Shown piece after piece: positions 61,122 through 64,000 of a stretch of 64,000 nucleotides of DNA (its first letter is position 1; the number at the start of each line of letters is the position of its first letter). The position numbers and the translations under genes were made by a program. The stretch lies in the NCBI GenBank assembly GCA_001662655.1, contig KV460210.1; one strand, given 5' to 3'. This DNA comes from Pseudogymnoascus verrucosus. Lineage: Eukaryota. The notes beneath the pieces are model-generated. The model was given only the letters and a program-made list of their open reading frames with translations. It was not told where the DNA came from and ran no database searches.

Positions 61122-62741
61122 ATGGAGCATACAACACAACCCGTTTCCGATGGTCTTAATCCCGAAAAGCCTCGTGATGCACAAGTCGAAAATTCTGAAC
61201 CATTACAAGCCTATGCCAACACCAAGGCTCTAAAGCAAGATGCCAAACAGGCCACGGCTGCGGAACACAGCCTTAGTTTCTGGAAAGCTATAGTTACCTA
61301 CCGCAAGGCCGTGTTCTGGTCTGTCATGGTATCCACGTCAATCATAATGGAGGGTTACGACGTGACACTTATTGGCAGCTTCTACGCCTATCCCACCTTC
61401 CGAAAGAAATACGGACACGATTATGGAGGGGAGGCAGGCTACCAGCTGTCTAGTGCATGGCAGGCTGGCCTTTCAGATATGGGAGAGATTGGAAAAATTA
61501 TTGGAGCTATATCAAACGGCTATTTCACTGATATCTACGGTCACAGAGCTGTCATGCTCACCAGCCTCACTGCTCTAACTGCTTCCATCTTCATAGTCTT
61601 CTTCGCTCCGAACACGCCGGTACTCCTTGTTGGAGAGTTCTTTTGTGGTATTCCATGGGGAGTCTTTGCTACTATGGGCCCTGCATTTGCTGCAGAAGTC
61701 TGTCCTTTAGCTCTACGTGGACATCTGGCAGCGTTTGTCAATATATGTTGGGTGATAGGGCAGTTCCTCTCCGCTGCCGTACTAAAAGCATTAGTGAACA
61801 ATACAACCCAGTGGGGCTATCGGATTCCATTCGCTCTTCAGTGGATGTTTCCGCTTCCACTCGCCATAACATTGTGGTTTTGTCCTGACTCGCCGTGGTG
61901 GTTGGTGCGTGCGAATCGTCTAGATGATGCTGAGAAGTCACTGCAGCGTCTGTCTAGCAATGCAGATGCGGATGACATTAGACAGTCGGTTGCGCTGATG
62001 GTCCACACTACAAACCTCGAGAAGGATATGCAATCTGGCGCTACTTACAAAGCTTGCTTCCAGGGAACTAATCTTCGCCGCACGGAAATAGCTTGCATGG
62101 CCTTCCTGTCACAAGTCACGAATGGGGGTGCGCTGGTGTACAGCGCAGTGTACTTTTTTCAACAGGCGGGTATCAAAACAGATGCATCGTTTGCGATCAA
62201 TCTCGGCGGAAAAGGTATAGCGTTTGTTGGCACGGTGATATCGTGGTTTTTCATCCCAATATTTGGACGCAGGACGATATATCTAACGGGATTTACTATC
62301 CTCGTGTGCGCCTTATGGATAATTGCCATCCTAGCTTGTGTTCCACAATTCGCAGCCATTAAGTTTGTGCAAGCTTCTCTCTGCCTCGTCTGGCTAGGCT
62401 CATACTCAATGACTGTCGGGCCCATTGTGTATACGATTGTTGCAGAGATTGGATCCACGCAACTGCGCACCAAAACGGTCGTCTTGGGGCGGACTACGTA
62501 CTACATTGGAAACATTATAGGACAGGTCTTGGAACCACATATGATGAACCCAACAGGGTGGAATTGGAAGGGCAAAACCGCTTTCTTCTGGGGAGCTCTG
62601 GCCCTGTTAACTAACATCTGGGCATACTTTCGACTCCCTGAGACCAAAGACCGCACTTACGAAGAACTCGATATCATGTTCGACAAAGGGATTAAGGCAA
62701 GACACTTTAGTAAATACGAGTTCAGGGATGACGAAGATTAA
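61122..62741 (+). CDS. MFS alpha-glucoside/maltose permease-like sugar porter; intronless
   Basis: IIMEGYD, CGIPWGVF, AEVCPLALRG, YRIPFALQW, PDSPWWLVR, CFQGTNLRRTEI, AEIGSTQLR, LPETKDRTYEELD. Confidence 0.95.
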   Translation: MEHTTQPVSDGLNPEKPRDAQVENSEPLQAYANTKALKQDAKQATAAEHSLSFWKAIVTYRKAVFWSVMVSTSIIMEGYDVTLIGSFYAYPTFRKKYGHDYGGEAGYQLSSAWQAGLSDMGEIGKIIGAISNGYFTDIYGHRAVMLTSLTALTASIFIVFFAPNTPVLLVGEFFCGIPWGVFATMGPAFAAEVCPLALRGHLAAFVNICWVIGQFLSAAVLKALVNNTTQWGYRIPFALQWMFPLPLAITLWFCPDSPWWLVRANRLDDAEKSLQRLSSNADADDIRQSVALMVHTTNLEKDMQSGATYKACFQGTNLRRTEIACMAFLSQVTNGGALVYSAVYFFQQAGIKTDASFAINLGGKGIAFVGTVISWFFIPIFGRRTIYLTGFTILVCALWIIAILACVPQFAAIKFVQASLCLVWLGSYSMTVGPIVYTIVAEIGSTQLRTKTVVLGRTTYYIGNIIGQVLEPHMMNPTGWNWKGKTAFFWGALALLTNIWAYFRLPETKDRTYEELDIMFDKGIKARHFSKYEFRDDED

Positions 62742-62989
62742 TTTATAAGGCCGGAATAAACCCACGAGCAGCACAAGACTGGATACAGCAGTAATACAAA
62801 CAATATATTGCTTGTAGCAAAGGGAATTTGGATTTGTTTCATGGACGTTAAGGGAGATTCATGGAGTTATTTAGCTGGTGAAGAACCTTTATTGCCATAT
62901 GATTTCCTTGCGCCCTATTCAAAAGCCCCAAGAGTTAGTAAACATACATATATATTTACAATTGACACCTCTGACAGCCATGCTTTGTT

Positions 62990-63858
62990 TTATAAGTTTG
63001 AACTTTCTATAATAAAGCTAGGGCAAATCATATTCTCGTTGATGTGATCCGCATTTGGCAAATCATTTTCCTCCGCACGCAGGGCTGCCGCTTCTGTGGT
63101 TGTTTCTATGCCTGCCTCGAGATGACGCTTGACCAGTCTATCCATTGCGGTTTCACGTGAAATAGAAACAAACCAGCTGCATATGGTGTTAGCATGGCCC
63201 AAATCGGTTGGTTGGCTACGGGGTGAGAAGAATGGGGATACGGACGATTCGTCGACTAAATGCTGGATTTGATCCCACGGATGCTCGTTTAAGAGAAGGT
63301 AGTTTCCCTCTAGAATCACGATTCGTTGTGATGAGGGAATGTAGATGTCGTTCTCGATCGGATCTTTGACGGCGTGGTCGAAGCTGGGTGCGTGGAAGGA
63401 TTGAGCGGGGTCGTCCACTTCTGTGACTGGATTCTCTCGCAGGGCCTTCACTAGCTCCACAAAGGCTTCGCCATCAAATGTGAAGGGGGCTCCTCGCCGT
63501 CGGAACGCGCACTCAGGGTCTTGAAACGTTCTAAGGGTGGATTTGGGGTAATGGAACCCATCCTGTGTGTTTTGTACATGGTTAGTGGGTGTCGTGACTG
63601 AAGGAAGGAAACAGTTCTATAAATGACCTGCGACGGAAAATATATGAGAAGAGTTGGACGTACCATGGGAAGAACAGTTATACTGGAATTGGGAGTACAT
63701 TTCGCATTCCATATTTTGGTTAAAGCAGCTGATATCGTCGTCTTCCCAGACCCGGGAGTTCCGGCAAAAGCTACCAGAATTCGTCGATGTGATGAGGCAG
63801 GATTCTTTTCTAGGAGCACTCTTAACCTCTCGCATAATGTGGTAATAGTTTCGTCCAT
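62990..63858 (-). CDS. P-loop kinase, phosphoribulokinase/uridine kinase family (YFH7-like); 3 exons
   Basis: AGTPGSGKTT Walker A, PM|DGFH, RRGAPFTFD, PSFDHAVKDP, ILEGNYLLL, RLVKRH, NDLPN. Confidence 0.9.
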
Positions 63859-64000
63859 ATTTGTTTTAGCAAGGATAGATGTCGTCGAAAAAAAGGTCGG
63901 TCGCTCTATTATCAGGGGAAGATCAACTAGAATATTGCACCATACTCTGGTACCCCCAACTAATATACAATCTCTTCACGTAGTGGATACAGAAAATGGC

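Overview
Gene-dense eukaryotic DNA from a filamentous ascomycete (Pezizomycotina): short GT-AG introns, Zn2Cys6 factors, a RIP-mutated Fot1/pogo transposon and a dispersed 5S remnant. About 22 protein-coding genes are visible, mostly small 'regulator + transporter + enzyme' modules. The most interesting is a five-gene cluster at 4.8-15.7 kb: a divergent CYP53-like P450, a PnbB-like hydroxylaminobenzoate lyase, an amidase, an UNC-93-like MFS transporter and a Zn2Cys6 TF, with shared CGGA promoter motifs. It may encode an undescribed fungal route from an aminobenzoyl amide via p-aminobenzoate and p-hydroxylaminobenzoate to protocatechuate, with a P450 in place of the bacterial nitroreductase. 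Other genes: a PDR ABC transporter/TF pair, a polyol dehydrogenase/sugar porter/TF trio with a thrice-repeated palindrome, a class I hydrophobin, a DUF3505-Upc2-like fusion, a dynamin-like GTPase, a cAMP-receptor-like GPCR, a TRI12-like pump with a CYP65-like P450, an alpha-glucoside permease and a YFH7-like kinase. A hAT-type MITE is also present. Family calls come from motif recognition by eye, with no searches run; exon boundaries are manual and approximate.
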